DNA of 24,070 nucleotides. It comes from Chlamydiia bacterium (GTDB taxonomy: Bacteria; Chlamydiota; Chlamydiia; Chlamydiales; Parachlamydiaceae). The notes below the pieces were generated by a model that ran no database searches, was not told where the DNA came from, and saw nothing but the letters and a program-made list of their open reading frames with translations. The DNA lies in assembly GCA_038257035.1 (NCBI GenBank), contig JBBSJT010000023.1, positions 1-24,070 of the forward strand, written 5' to 3'. The position numbers were made by a program, and so were the translations under genes. Below are positions 1 through 8,611 of this stretch, piece after piece (position 1 is the first letter of the stretch; each line of letters begins with the position of its first letter).

Positions 1-160
1 AGGCTGAAGGCCTGGTTTTTAATAGCCTAGGGCATCGCCCTAGGAATGATATTGTATAAAATGCAGGCTGTAGGCCTGCTTTATAATTATCCTAAAATAC
101 TTTGTTTAAGCAACTTACTCCTTAGCTTAATGCGCATGCGCATGCGCATCCGCGACTAGC
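1..160. repeat. Partial copy of the REP-containing MITE-like element also found at 23760-24022 (inverted), truncated by the window start
   Basis: Bases 1-143 are the reverse complement of 23755-23897 with one mismatch (position 55). Internal hairpins AGGC-TGAAG-GCCT and CCTAGGGC-ATC-GCCCTAGG. Ends in GCGCAT hexamers followed by CCGCGACT. Confidence 0.93.
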
Positions 161-166
161 GAAAAG

Positions 167-1258
167 TTAGAATTCGTTGGAAGATATTAACTCCCTCTTC
201 AGTATATCATGCATGCTCTTTGTAAAAGCTTCAAAACTTTCTAAACAGTTGATGTTTAATGCCACTTTATATTTATTCCTATTTTCAAAATAGGTTAATT
301 CAAACGAATTTTTAAATCGAATATTTTTTTCTATAAGAAATTTTAAAAACTTGAATCCTTGAAATTGGGAAGGGAGATAATGACCGCTTTCAAACGCAAC
401 GCTGTGAATAAGCCCATCTTCTACATTCAAAAGGCCTGCACATAAAACAGGTTTTCCAAGGCTCAAACTGTTATGCCAAACTCCCGTCGATACTGTTTCA
501 AGATACAATTGTTCTTCTAAATTTAAAATAAAAATATTTCTTGAGTTTTTAGGGGTCGTCACAAGCTCTTTTGTTTCATTGTTAATAAGGTAGCCACTTT
601 CAAATTCTATAAGGCACTTATTAAGCTGTTCTTCTGAATAATAACTGACAGCAGGTGTCGCTACTGAAATGGGCTGCTCTTCAAGCCACAAGAAAAAACT
701 TTGATAACTTTGATTTACAGGTTTCGTGTTCAACCAAAATTGATAGTAATTTGCAAGGCGCCTATGACAAGGATCTATAGACTCAAGCCAAAACGCTCCC
801 CAATTCTCTTTCATTTTAAGGGAATAAGAAAGATCGTTTCTCATGGGTATAGAAACGAATTCCCTGTTCAAGTGTGTGGAAAAATCAAGATGATACCGTT
901 CAATTTCTTGATCAGTTGGAATTTCTAACAATTTTTTGATGTATTCACTTTTACTTTGAACATGATTTTTCAAGAGGTAAATCGTACTCTTTATTTCGCT
1001 AAATTTGCCTTGTATAGATAAAGCATTTAGATAGTCGGCAATGGATTGTAAAGAAGAGATCCTTAATATTTGAGTAGCGGATGAAGACTTATCAAGCGAG
1101 TGGTAATGTTCGACAAGCTGGTTTAAATATTCGATTTCTGTTTCATGACAAGCTAAAATTTCGCGATAATCGGTTGTTGGAATATCAACAAAGCTTACAT
1201 CGGAATAAATACTACATTTGAAGAAAATCAAAAGCGTTAGCAAAAAATAATATTTCAT
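167..1258 (-). CDS. Exported protein with IQM-like core domain (paralog of 4282..5358); last gene of the operon
   Basis: Motifs FWLESIDPCHR, FFLWLE, HNSLSLGKPVLCAG and ESGHYLP match the conserved core of plant/fungal IQM proteins (WLE.IDP.HR...FFYWLD...HSS...AG...SGHY.P). Likely start is ATG 1258, 1 nt after the upstream TAA, giving a signal-peptide-like MKYYFLLTLLIFFKCSIYS. Confidence 0.8.
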   Translation of the reverse strand: MKYYFLLTLLIFFKCSIYSDVSFVDIPTTDYREILACHETEIEYLNQLVEHYHSLDKSSSATQILRISSLQSIADYLNALSIQGKFSEIKSTIYLLKNHVQSKSEYIKKLLEIPTDQEIERYHLDFSTHLNREFVSIPMRNDLSYSLKMKENWGAFWLESIDPCHRRLANYYQFWLNTKPVNQSYQSFFLWLEEQPISVATPAVSYYSEEQLNKCLIEFESGYLINNETKELVTTPKNSRNIFILNLEEQLYLETVSTGVWHNSLSLGKPVLCAGLLNVEDGLIHSVAFESGHYLPSQFQGFKFLKFLIEKNIRFKNSFELTYFENRNKYKVALNINCLESFEAFTKSMHDILKRELISSNEF

Positions 1259-1259
1259 A

Positions 1260-2051
1260 TTAAAATACCCAATTAGGGTTAAGGCCTGCATAATAGCCTA
1301 TGGATTCCATTTTTTGATTAAAACTTAAAAAATTAAATCCTGATTGTCCATCCAGATACTCAATCGATTGGTTAGAGGCATGGATTGTTATAGGATAATG
1401 AATATGTGATGCTTTAGAGCCATTGAATCGATTTGCGGGGCCGTGGGCAATAAGTTTAAACAAGTGACTAGGTTTTGTCGCATTTTTAAAAACAAGCTTT
1501 TGAAAAAAAAGATTCAAATCTTTTATTATTTCAAGTTCATTTTCAGTTAACTCACCATATTCTAAATTTACTATATTTTTCTGAATTGTTTTTTTTTGAT
1601 AAATAGCAATTAGATCAATGTCTGAAATGATGTAGTGACCATTTTCAGTACATGAAACTAAAATTTGTTCATCAGTATCAAGGATATTTTCAACAAGACA
1701 CTCTTTGCCAGATCTTATGATGCCATGGTAGTTTTTATTTCCGATCTGAAATTTTAATGGCTTTACTTGAAAATCAGGATCTTTTTCAAGAAAGCCATTA
1801 GCGATTCCTGCCCTTAGGGTTCTTTTTCTGATGCTAAAATCTTTGCTCTGTACATCATCTCGAACAAAGTGTGCAAAAGAGCTTGGGTTGATTGGATTTG
1901 ATAAAATAAAAAGATCATACTTATTGGCAATGAAGCTAAAGGCTTCATTGACCAATTCTTTGCCAATTTCTATTTGTTTCTTTTGCCAGTTTAAAAAACA
2001 CTCAAATAACATTTCATTTGAGAGTTGGTTGACTTTATCATCAAGAAGCAT
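1260..2051 (-). CDS. Compact class II nucleotidyl cyclase-like protein (anthrax EF / CyaA / ExoY catalytic core)
   Basis: [27 protein letters not shown] aligns without gaps to EF [37 protein letters not shown] matches the T-A-D-x-D-L-F-A metal motif, [15 protein letters not shown] matches CyaA GVITDFELEVRNALN, and LIAHG matches VVQHG. Likely start ATG 2051 overlaps the upstream stop (ATGCTTCTTGA); 263 aa. Confidence 0.75.
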   Translation of the reverse strand: [263 protein letters not shown]

Positions 2052-2652
2052 TCGTTGAACTTTTGTTAACAAGTATTTTACGTTCTTCCAGAAAATTATA
2101 AATGGATTCTTTATCCGTTTTTTCTTCCAAAAGAACAGCTTGATATAAGAAATGACTTCCCATTTGTGGCACACGCCCTGTTTCTGACATCAGTTCGTGT
2201 TTAACTTCCAGTATTAAATCTCGATTATTTAAATTTAATTTAGATTTTAATGATTCCATAAGGGCGCGATTCTTGTCAAAATCGGGCTTTGAAAGGCACC
2301 AAATATCTAACTTCCACATTCCACCCAAATCTTTGCAATTAAGCTTTAATCCCAAATAAATTCCTCGGGGCATTTTAGGTTTATAGTCCCCTTGAAAATT
2401 AATTATCTGAGCTTCGATAAAGCCTTCATCTTTTGCTATATGGTTGCAAAGATTGCATAAAACTTCTGTAGCATTAAACCCATCCTTTAAAACGATCTGC
2501 ATGTCAATGTCATTCCATGTCATAAGATCGAGGGCATAACTTCCCGTATAATAGAGATCTCCTGAGACCTCTATCATCGATTCAATTTTTTTAGCCTTTA
2601 AAAGCTTGGTCGCGTTGTTTCTTATTGAAAATGCGGTTTCTTGGATTGTCAT
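2041..2652 (-). CDS. Pol-beta superfamily nucleotidyltransferase
   Basis: TGSYALDLMTWNDID (GS...DxD) plus a third acidic residue in WKLDIW. ATGA overlap with the radical SAM stop codon. Confidence 0.8.
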   Translation of the reverse strand: MTIQETAFSIRNNATKLLKAKKIESMIEVSGDLYYTGSYALDLMTWNDIDMQIVLKDGFNATEVLCNLCNHIAKDEGFIEAQIINFQGDYKPKMPRGIYLGLKLNCKDLGGMWKLDIWCLSKPDFDKNRALMESLKSKLNLNNRDLILEVKHELMSETGRVPQMGSHFLYQAVLLEEKTDKESIYNFLEERKILVNKSSTNAS

Positions 2653-4301
2653 ACTTGTCCTGCCAATTGTAGCTGATTCACTTCTCGCTGATCCATTTCT
2701 GGTCGATTCATTTTCTCTTGATTCATTTCTTGAATTATTTTAAAAGCTGATGGCTTCATAAACATTAACTTATCTGTTAATCTTTTCTGTATGGCCTCAC
2801 CCGTTTGATGTTCAACCTGATCAATTGAATCGTACTGCTTTAATTCAGTATTTATATTGTAGAATTCTAAAGCTTCTTGAATTTGAGTTTGATCAAGATC
2901 ATAGTGACCTAATTTGATTAATTCAAGTAAATCCCTCCATTCAACGCTATCAAATTCTCGTTTTTTATACTGATCAATAATAGTATAAGAAGCTTCATGA
3001 TAAAGCTTCATGGCCAATTCCTTACTGCCTGAAATAATGTCTTTTAAACATTGAGGAAGCTTTTCAAATTCTTCAATTACCACTTTACCAGCTTTTAAAT
3101 AATCTTGAAGAACTCTGATTGCATAGTACAATCTGGTTTTTTCTTCTTCAAATATGACTGTGCCGGAATAGTCGCGAAGACTAATGGACTTAAGTCGCAA
3201 AACTGATCTTGGGGAAACTTCTCCAACAACTTCTTCGCGGTATTTACACCCGTTTTCAATATAAGAAAGAGTAATTGGATCTCTAAAAGTTTGGTTTAAA
3301 ACTGTAGTAAACTCATCTTCGTAAATGTTGCATTGGTTGTCATTGACTTGATTTTGCCACAAGCAAATATTGCCATTATAATTTAATGACCAGTCTAGCC
3401 CCTTATCCCCGTTGGTGTTATAAAGCACAGCTGAGTTATTGTCCTCAGATTCTTCCAAGTCTCTTTCAAAGATCTTTATTGTCTCTGTTAGATTTTGTTT
3501 TTCATGAAGATTGGGTCTTAAATCAGATCCAAAAATTTTGGAAATTCCTGTAATAAATTCATAACCTGAAGCTAATTTAACATAGATTTTTTTAGGGATA
3601 ACTTTTATGACATCTTCATCATCGGATGCTCTTTTTGAACTTGTAACATTTAACGTATGGCCTTGGAAAAACTCCATCACTTTTGGAAACATCGGATCAT
3701 TTTCAAAACCGTGAATTTGAAATTTTAAGTAAGGATGGTTTGCATATTTGCTTTCAAAAATTTGAATCAGATTAACTGCCGGATTTGTACCAAGTTTTAT
3801 AGCATGGCCTGCACTAACACTGACTCTGACTGTAACTTTACAAGGTATGTTTCTTGCCTTAATTGCATTATCAATCTCTTCTAAATAGCGTTCTGCTGCT
3901 TGTTTATTTAGTGCCCAGTTACCACTTGTCACTAAAACAATTCGATTTGTTTCCACTTCTGCAATCGTTCTAAGTACGGCACGTTTTTGAGTGAGTGGCT
4001 CACCACCCCCTGAAATTAAAATATAGCCTAAATTTGCTTGGTTGCAAAAATTTACAAATTTATCTATCCCCTCTTCACTGAACTGATCAGCAACGGTGAT
4101 TTCATTTCGGGCAGGTGCTGATTTGAAAAAACAAAATGGACATCCAACACCGCAAAATCTTGTGAAAAATACACACATAAAGGATTTGCCGGCATATTCA
4201 TTGGTATCGTAGTGAACCAAATTAAATTTAAGCATCAATCGACGGTAATAATCCGGATTACTAAAGGGATTTGCTATTAAACTATTTAGCGCTTGTTTCA
4301 T
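2649..4301 (-). CDS. Radical SAM protein with long uncharacterised C-terminal region
   Basis: CGVGCPFC (CxxxCxxC), SGGGEPL and LVTSGNWA motifs. 550 aa, with no complete Cys-rich SPASM motif. Confidence 0.9.
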   Translation of the reverse strand: MKQALNSLIANPFSNPDYYRRLMLKFNLVHYDTNEYAGKSFMCVFFTRFCGVGCPFCFFKSAPARNEITVADQFSEEGIDKFVNFCNQANLGYILISGGGEPLTQKRAVLRTIAEVETNRIVLVTSGNWALNKQAAERYLEEIDNAIKARNIPCKVTVRVSVSAGHAIKLGTNPAVNLIQIFESKYANHPYLKFQIHGFENDPMFPKVMEFFQGHTLNVTSSKRASDDEDVIKVIPKKIYVKLASGYEFITGISKIFGSDLRPNLHEKQNLTETIKIFERDLEESEDNNSAVLYNTNGDKGLDWSLNYNGNICLWQNQVNDNQCNIYEDEFTTVLNQTFRDPITLSYIENGCKYREEVVGEVSPRSVLRLKSISLRDYSGTVIFEEEKTRLYYAIRVLQDYLKAGKVVIEEFEKLPQCLKDIISGSKELAMKLYHEASYTIIDQYKKREFDSVEWRDLLELIKLGHYDLDQTQIQEALEFYNINTELKQYDSIDQVEHQTGEAIQKRLTDKLMFMKPSAFKIIQEMNQEKMNRPEMDQREVNQLQLAGQV

Positions 4302-5358
4302 GACATCCCTTATGGTTGGTTGTGCAGCTTGAATTAAGAATATTTTTAAATTGTTCTAAAGTTGGAAGATTCTTAGCGTTAATTACTGATTTATATTTGT
4401 TGCGATCAAAGAAGAAAATAATTTCAAGATCGGTAGGAAATAGTGCCCCTTTTTCTTCAAAAATTTCAAGAATTTGGTATCCTATTTCAACTGTTGGTAA
4501 ATAGTGACCGCTTTCAAGTGCAAGAGAAGTTAGAATACCTTCTTTAATTTGCACAAGTCCCGCTCCCAATACAGGTTTTCCGCATGTGAAGCTCGAATGA
4601 GAAATTCCTGACTCTTCTTCAGAAATATATATGTCACCCTTTAATGATATGGAAAATAGGTAGCGTTTAGTACAATTGTCAAAATTTGCCAAAGCCCATT
4701 CAGAATCTGATTTTTCCCAAAATAAACCGTCTTTAATGATTACTCTTTTCATTTCAAGCGCATCGTCCACTAAGTACTTCACACGTGGTATATACTTTGG
4801 AAGATGTTGATTTTCGAGCCAGAGAAAAAAATCTGGAGTTTCAGGATTGCTTTGCAATAAAATTTTCCATTGATCAAGAAAAGGTGTTAATCTTCTGTGG
4901 CAAGGGTCTAAGCTTTCATACCAAAAATCTCCCCAATATTCGCGAAGTTTCAGCGAAAAAAAACGTTGATTGTTTAAAATCACACATGTTTTTGTAGAGT
5001 CGTATAAATCGGAAATGTCATTTTGAGTGCTTGTTAAAGAAGCTTGCAAATGTAATTGATTGGAATAAATATGGAAAAGTTGGATTAAATAATTGCGTTT
5101 TTTGTTGGCTATTTCTGATATCCATATCAGATGCTTTTTCTTGTCTATAGATTCAAGGCGATTGTCGATCCAATCTTTTAAAAAATCGATTATTTTATTA
5201 AGCTTTTTAATCCGACAACTGATTGTAGGAATTTGATCTTTTGGTATTTGACTATATTTTGCAATTAGAATATTAAGTTCTTCAACATTTTCTGTTTCAT
5301 AACCTAAAACGCCTTTATAGTCATCTTCAGGCAAATCTATCCAATCTATTTCATTCAT
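4282..5358 (-). CDS. Cytoplasmic protein with IQM-like core domain; first gene of the operon
   Basis: FWYESLDPCHR, FFLWLE, VKYL, YLFSIS, HSSFTCGKPVLGAG and ESGHYLPT motifs. Alignable over the full length with 167..1258 but has no signal peptide. Overlaps the radical SAM start by 20 nt. Confidence 0.8.
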   Translation of the reverse strand: MNEIDWIDLPEDDYKGVLGYETENVEELNILIAKYSQIPKDQIPTISCRIKKLNKIIDFLKDWIDNRLESIDKKKHLIWISEIANKKRNYLIQLFHIYSNQLHLQASLTSTQNDISDLYDSTKTCVILNNQRFFSLKLREYWGDFWYESLDPCHRRLTPFLDQWKILLQSNPETPDFFLWLENQHLPKYIPRVKYLVDDALEMKRVIIKDGLFWEKSDSEWALANFDNCTKRYLFSISLKGDIYISEEESGISHSSFTCGKPVLGAGLVQIKEGILTSLALESGHYLPTVEIGYQILEIFEEKGALFPTDLEIIFFFDRNKYKSVINAKNLPTLEQFKNILNSSCTTNHKGCHETSAK

Positions 5359-5685
5359 TTTTTTATACCTTTTTTGTTAAAAACAATTGAAAACCTGTTT
5401 ACACTTAGTTTTCAGTGGTTAACGCTTAAAAATCTTTATAAAACTAGTAATATAAATATTTCGGGACAAAAACTCAAATAAAAAAAACTTATATCTAGAA
5501 AAAGTAGAACTTATATCTTATGGGTTATTCAGAGAGTGTATACAAAAGTTCTACGTCAATCTAAAAAACTTAACCTCAATAATTTATTAACAATAACTTT
5601 TATGATTGTTTTCAAAATATACACGCCACCTAGCGTCCAGCATAAACCTATAAAAAAATCAGAAAAGTAATAACAGAGGTGCTAA

Positions 5686-6852
5686 TCAAGTGTGAGAAGT
5701 TTTTAAGGTTTTAGCTTTGTGATTTAGAAGCATCACGAGGGCAAAACCAAAGGCTGCAAGGATTGAGCAGAGAGCCAATGAGAGGTCAAGGCTGGGTAAG
5801 ATGGGTGATTGAGGGTTTAATAAAATGCCCTTTTCAAGCTTTAAGGGGTTTAGAAAGAAGGTGTAAGACCAAAAAGGCCAGACGGCCGGTAAGGCCCCTA
5901 TCATAAAACCTGTCATAAGAGTGATGGTCAAATTTCGATAATGATTTAATAGAAAAAGAACAACTCTTGAAAAAATTATAGCTCCAAGGAGGATTCCAAA
6001 CCCAACATTTGCTAAAATTGAAAAAGATTCAAGGTCAAATGAGAGTTGCTTGGACGATGCAATAAAATCAGCAAGGGCGCCGATCACAAGGGAATAGCAT
6101 CCAAGAATGGTTAATAAGTAGCTGCCTGAAATTCCTGGAAGAAGTAGGGCTGTAACGGCAATTGCACCGCAAAAAATGAGCCAAAGATCGATTTTAAACC
6201 ATGCACTTTGTGATCCAATCAAATCTTCTGCCGATAGCGTGTCATTTTTAAGTGGCTGATATAAAATGGTTTCTTTTGTAATGATTTTTTTCGAAAGCAT
6301 AGCAATAACAGTACTTTGAGGCACATTCCGAAGCATTTCGGAGTCATAATTGCTCAATTGTTTGTTCGTTTCAAAAGAAACAGGAACATCAAATAGAGCC
6401 TCCTTAGAAAGTGGCTTTAGATCAATACCAGTGAGCACAAACGCTAACAACACACCTGTAAGAAGTGCTGCCACATAAGTAAACCTCCACTTCTCTATCT
6501 GACTTATGATCAACACTATAGAACCGATGATTAATCCAAAAAAACCTGAATAAAGAAAAGGACGATAAAATTCATTATTTAGGATCTGATCAAAAAGAGG
6601 CACAAGAAGAACAAATGAAAGTGCTATTCCTGCTAATAGACAGCTTAAGAACTTTAAGGAGGAAGTACAAAAATTTCCCATTTTAAAAGATGTAATGCTA
6701 AAAAGGAGTTTTTGATAAAACCCCATGATAAAAGCAATTGTACCACCTGATATTCCAGGAACTAAATCTGCTGCTCCCATGCACATGCCACAAAAAACAA
6801 CAGTGCTGCTCTTTTGCAATGGATCCTTTTGCTGTATTTCCTCTTTTGGCAC
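5686..6852 (-). CDS. DUF368 family membrane protein (putative undecaprenyl-phosphate translocase)
   Basis: MGAADLVPGISGGTIAFIMG and the second repeat ALLLPGISGSYLL, with multiple hydrophobic helices. Confidence 0.88.
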   Translation of the reverse strand: MPKEEIQQKDPLQKSSTVVFCGMCMGAADLVPGISGGTIAFIMGFYQKLLFSITSFKMGNFCTSSLKFLSCLLAGIALSFVLLVPLFDQILNNEFYRPFLYSGFFGLIIGSIVLIISQIEKWRFTYVAALLTGVLLAFVLTGIDLKPLSKEALFDVPVSFETNKQLSNYDSEMLRNVPQSTVIAMLSKKIITKETILYQPLKNDTLSAEDLIGSQSAWFKIDLWLIFCGAIAVTALLLPGISGSYLLTILGCYSLVIGALADFIASSKQLSFDLESFSILANVGFGILLGAIIFSRVVLFLLNHYRNLTITLMTGFMIGALPAVWPFWSYTFFLNPLKLEKGILLNPQSPILPSLDLSLALCSILAAFGFALVMLLNHKAKTLKTSHT

Positions 6853-6853
6853 C

Positions 6854-7276
6854 TTAGATCACCTCAAAAAACTTTGCTAAAAACCAAGCAGCCGCTAACA
6901 TGCCGATCAATAAAATCATCCACATAGCGTTAGGAAACCATTTGATACCGGCGCCGGGATTGCCTCTTGATTCTAACGTCCCAATCCCATAAGAAAATTC
7001 CTGAGCTTGAGCGCGCAAGAAAACTTCAGGATTTTCGCGGATAATTTTTTCTCCGTCAATGCCAAGAAAAATCGCGTACTGTCTTAAAAAACCATGAGCA
7101 TAAACAGGAGAGATCAATTTTTGCATTTCCCCATCTTCAATAGCTTGTAAGTATGTCATGCGAATTGAAGTTGCATTTTCAGCTTCTTTAAGCGAGATAT
7201 TCATCTCTTTTCGTCTATCTTTAAAAACTTCGCCAATGTTTTTCATTTCTTCCTTATTTTTCTCTTCTCTGACCAT
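6854..7276 (-). CDS. rodZ: RodZ-like HTH protein with C-terminal TM helix
   Basis: IGEVFKDRR...SLKEAENATSIRMTYLQAIEDG...YAHGFLRQYAIFLGID (HTH_25 type) plus a C-terminal TM segment. Divergent from rnhC, as in chlamydial genomes. Confidence 0.82.
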   Translation of the reverse strand: MVREEKNKEEMKNIGEVFKDRRKEMNISLKEAENATSIRMTYLQAIEDGEMQKLISPVYAHGFLRQYAIFLGIDGEKIIRENPEVFLRAQAQEFSYGIGTLESRGNPGAGIKWFPNAMWMILLIGMLAAAWFLAKFFEVI

Positions 7277-7363
7277 GAAGTCACCCTTTTGTAAATAGTT
7301 GAATTATATACATAAGTTAAGCATAATGCAAACAAATTACCTCGTACTAAACTTTGGCATCTC

Positions 7364-8281
7364 ATGAATCAAAATTCTAATATCTTCGTAACAACCCTGG
7401 ACTTAAAATTATCCGCCAAAATGCTAGCTGATTTAACGGAACAAAATTTTGAGATTTCCACTCCCCCTTATACTGTTTTTTCTGCCAAAAAAAAGGGAAT
7501 TTCCTGCACTTTTTATAAGTCCGGTAAACTAACCGTTCAGGGAAAGGAAATGGCTTCATTTGTAGAATTCTACTTGGAACCTGAAATTTTAGGTACCTTC
7601 ACTACAAATTATAAGCATTTGGATGTGGAAACAAACCATGATTATTTGGATCATATTGGCATTGATGAATCGGGAAAAGGTGATTTTTTTGGCCCTCTTT
7701 GCATTGCCGGTGTTTATTCAAGCGCTAAAGATATTCCAAAATTACAACTTTTAGGTGTCAAGGATTCCAAAAAGTTAACGGATAGTCAAATCATCGTGAT
7801 TGGGAAAAAAATTAAAGCAGAATTTAAACATCATATCGTAAAAATCAATCCGCAAAAATATAACGAACTTTACCAACAGTTCAAAAATTTAAATAAACTC
7901 CTTGCCTGGGGACATGCAACGACGATTGAACAACTTGTTCAATCAACTGATTGCCACAATGTAATTATTGACCAATTTGCAAGTGAAGATGTTGTGATTA
8001 CAGCACTTAAAAGAAAAAAGATGGAAATCAACTTAACACAACGGCATCGGGGTGAAGAAGATCTTGTAGTGGCTGCTGCGTCAATCTTGGCCAGAATGAC
8101 ATTCCTTGAGGGGTTGGCACTTGTTGGCAAGCCTTTTGACACGGTTTTACCAAAAGGGGCTTCAAAAATAACAATTGCGATTGGAAAAAAAATCTATGCT
8201 CATTTTGGGGTAAAAGGGTTAAATGAGACAGGAAAACTTCATTTTAAAACGTATTTTGACATTACAGGCATTGAGAGATAA
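7364..8281 (+). CDS. rnhC: Ribonuclease HIII
   Basis: N-terminal TBP-like domain (FYKSGKLTVQG) plus RNase H motifs IGIDESGKGDFFGPL, GVKDSKKL, IIDQF, VAAASILAR and KLHFKT. Confidence 0.95.
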   Translation: MNQNSNIFVTTLDLKLSAKMLADLTEQNFEISTPPYTVFSAKKKGISCTFYKSGKLTVQGKEMASFVEFYLEPEILGTFTTNYKHLDVETNHDYLDHIGIDESGKGDFFGPLCIAGVYSSAKDIPKLQLLGVKDSKKLTDSQIIVIGKKIKAEFKHHIVKINPQKYNELYQQFKNLNKLLAWGHATTIEQLVQSTDCHNVIIDQFASEDVVITALKRKKMEINLTQRHRGEEDLVVAAASILARMTFLEGLALVGKPFDTVLPKGASKITIAIGKKIYAHFGVKGLNETGKLHFKTYFDITGIER

Positions 8282-8602
8282 GTGATACATAAAGCCATCT
8301 GGTTATTAGCGACATTTATGTTAGTTTTTATGGCGTGTTTACTATTTGTTAAAATGAAACCGATTTTTTTGAAAGCACCCGACCAAAAAATTGTTGCCTT
8401 TAATGAAGTCAGGGGGGCAAGTATTGAAAAGGATAAAATTTTATATACTTTAAATTTTGAAACCCAAGAAAACCTAATCAGATTACTCAATCATTTGGAA
8501 TTAGAGGATTTTTTTGCTGAAATTGGCAAGCAAATGGATTTCGATAGGATCATCATTTATCGTTTTGATCAACCTGACCTTATTTTGAACAAGGAGTTTT
8601 GA
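8282..8602 (+). CDS. Small hypothetical protein with N-terminal membrane anchor
   Basis: GTG start immediately after the rnhC stop; hydrophobic N-terminus (IWLLATFMLVFMACLLFV). Confidence 0.6.
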   Translation: MIHKAIWLLATFMLVFMACLLFVKMKPIFLKAPDQKIVAFNEVRGASIEKDKILYTLNFETQENLIRLLNHLELEDFFAEIGKQMDFDRIIIYRFDQPDLILNKEF

Positions 8603-8611
8603 GCTTATAAA

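Noticed and set aside
2052..2174. Annotated N-terminal extension of the cyclase ORF
   Set aside because: It lies inside the NTase gene; ATG 2051 gives a typical coupled overlap.
2041..2652. Calling the NTase a CD-NTase (CBASS) or the operon Pycsar
   Set aside because: At 203 aa it is short for a CD-NTase, no Cap effector is recognisable, and Pycsar cyclases are class III rather than class II.
2649..4301. Calling the radical SAM protein a prokaryotic viperin
   Set aside because: It lacks the viperin N-x-H...CNYxCxFCF pattern and is much longer; viperin is only a functional analogy.
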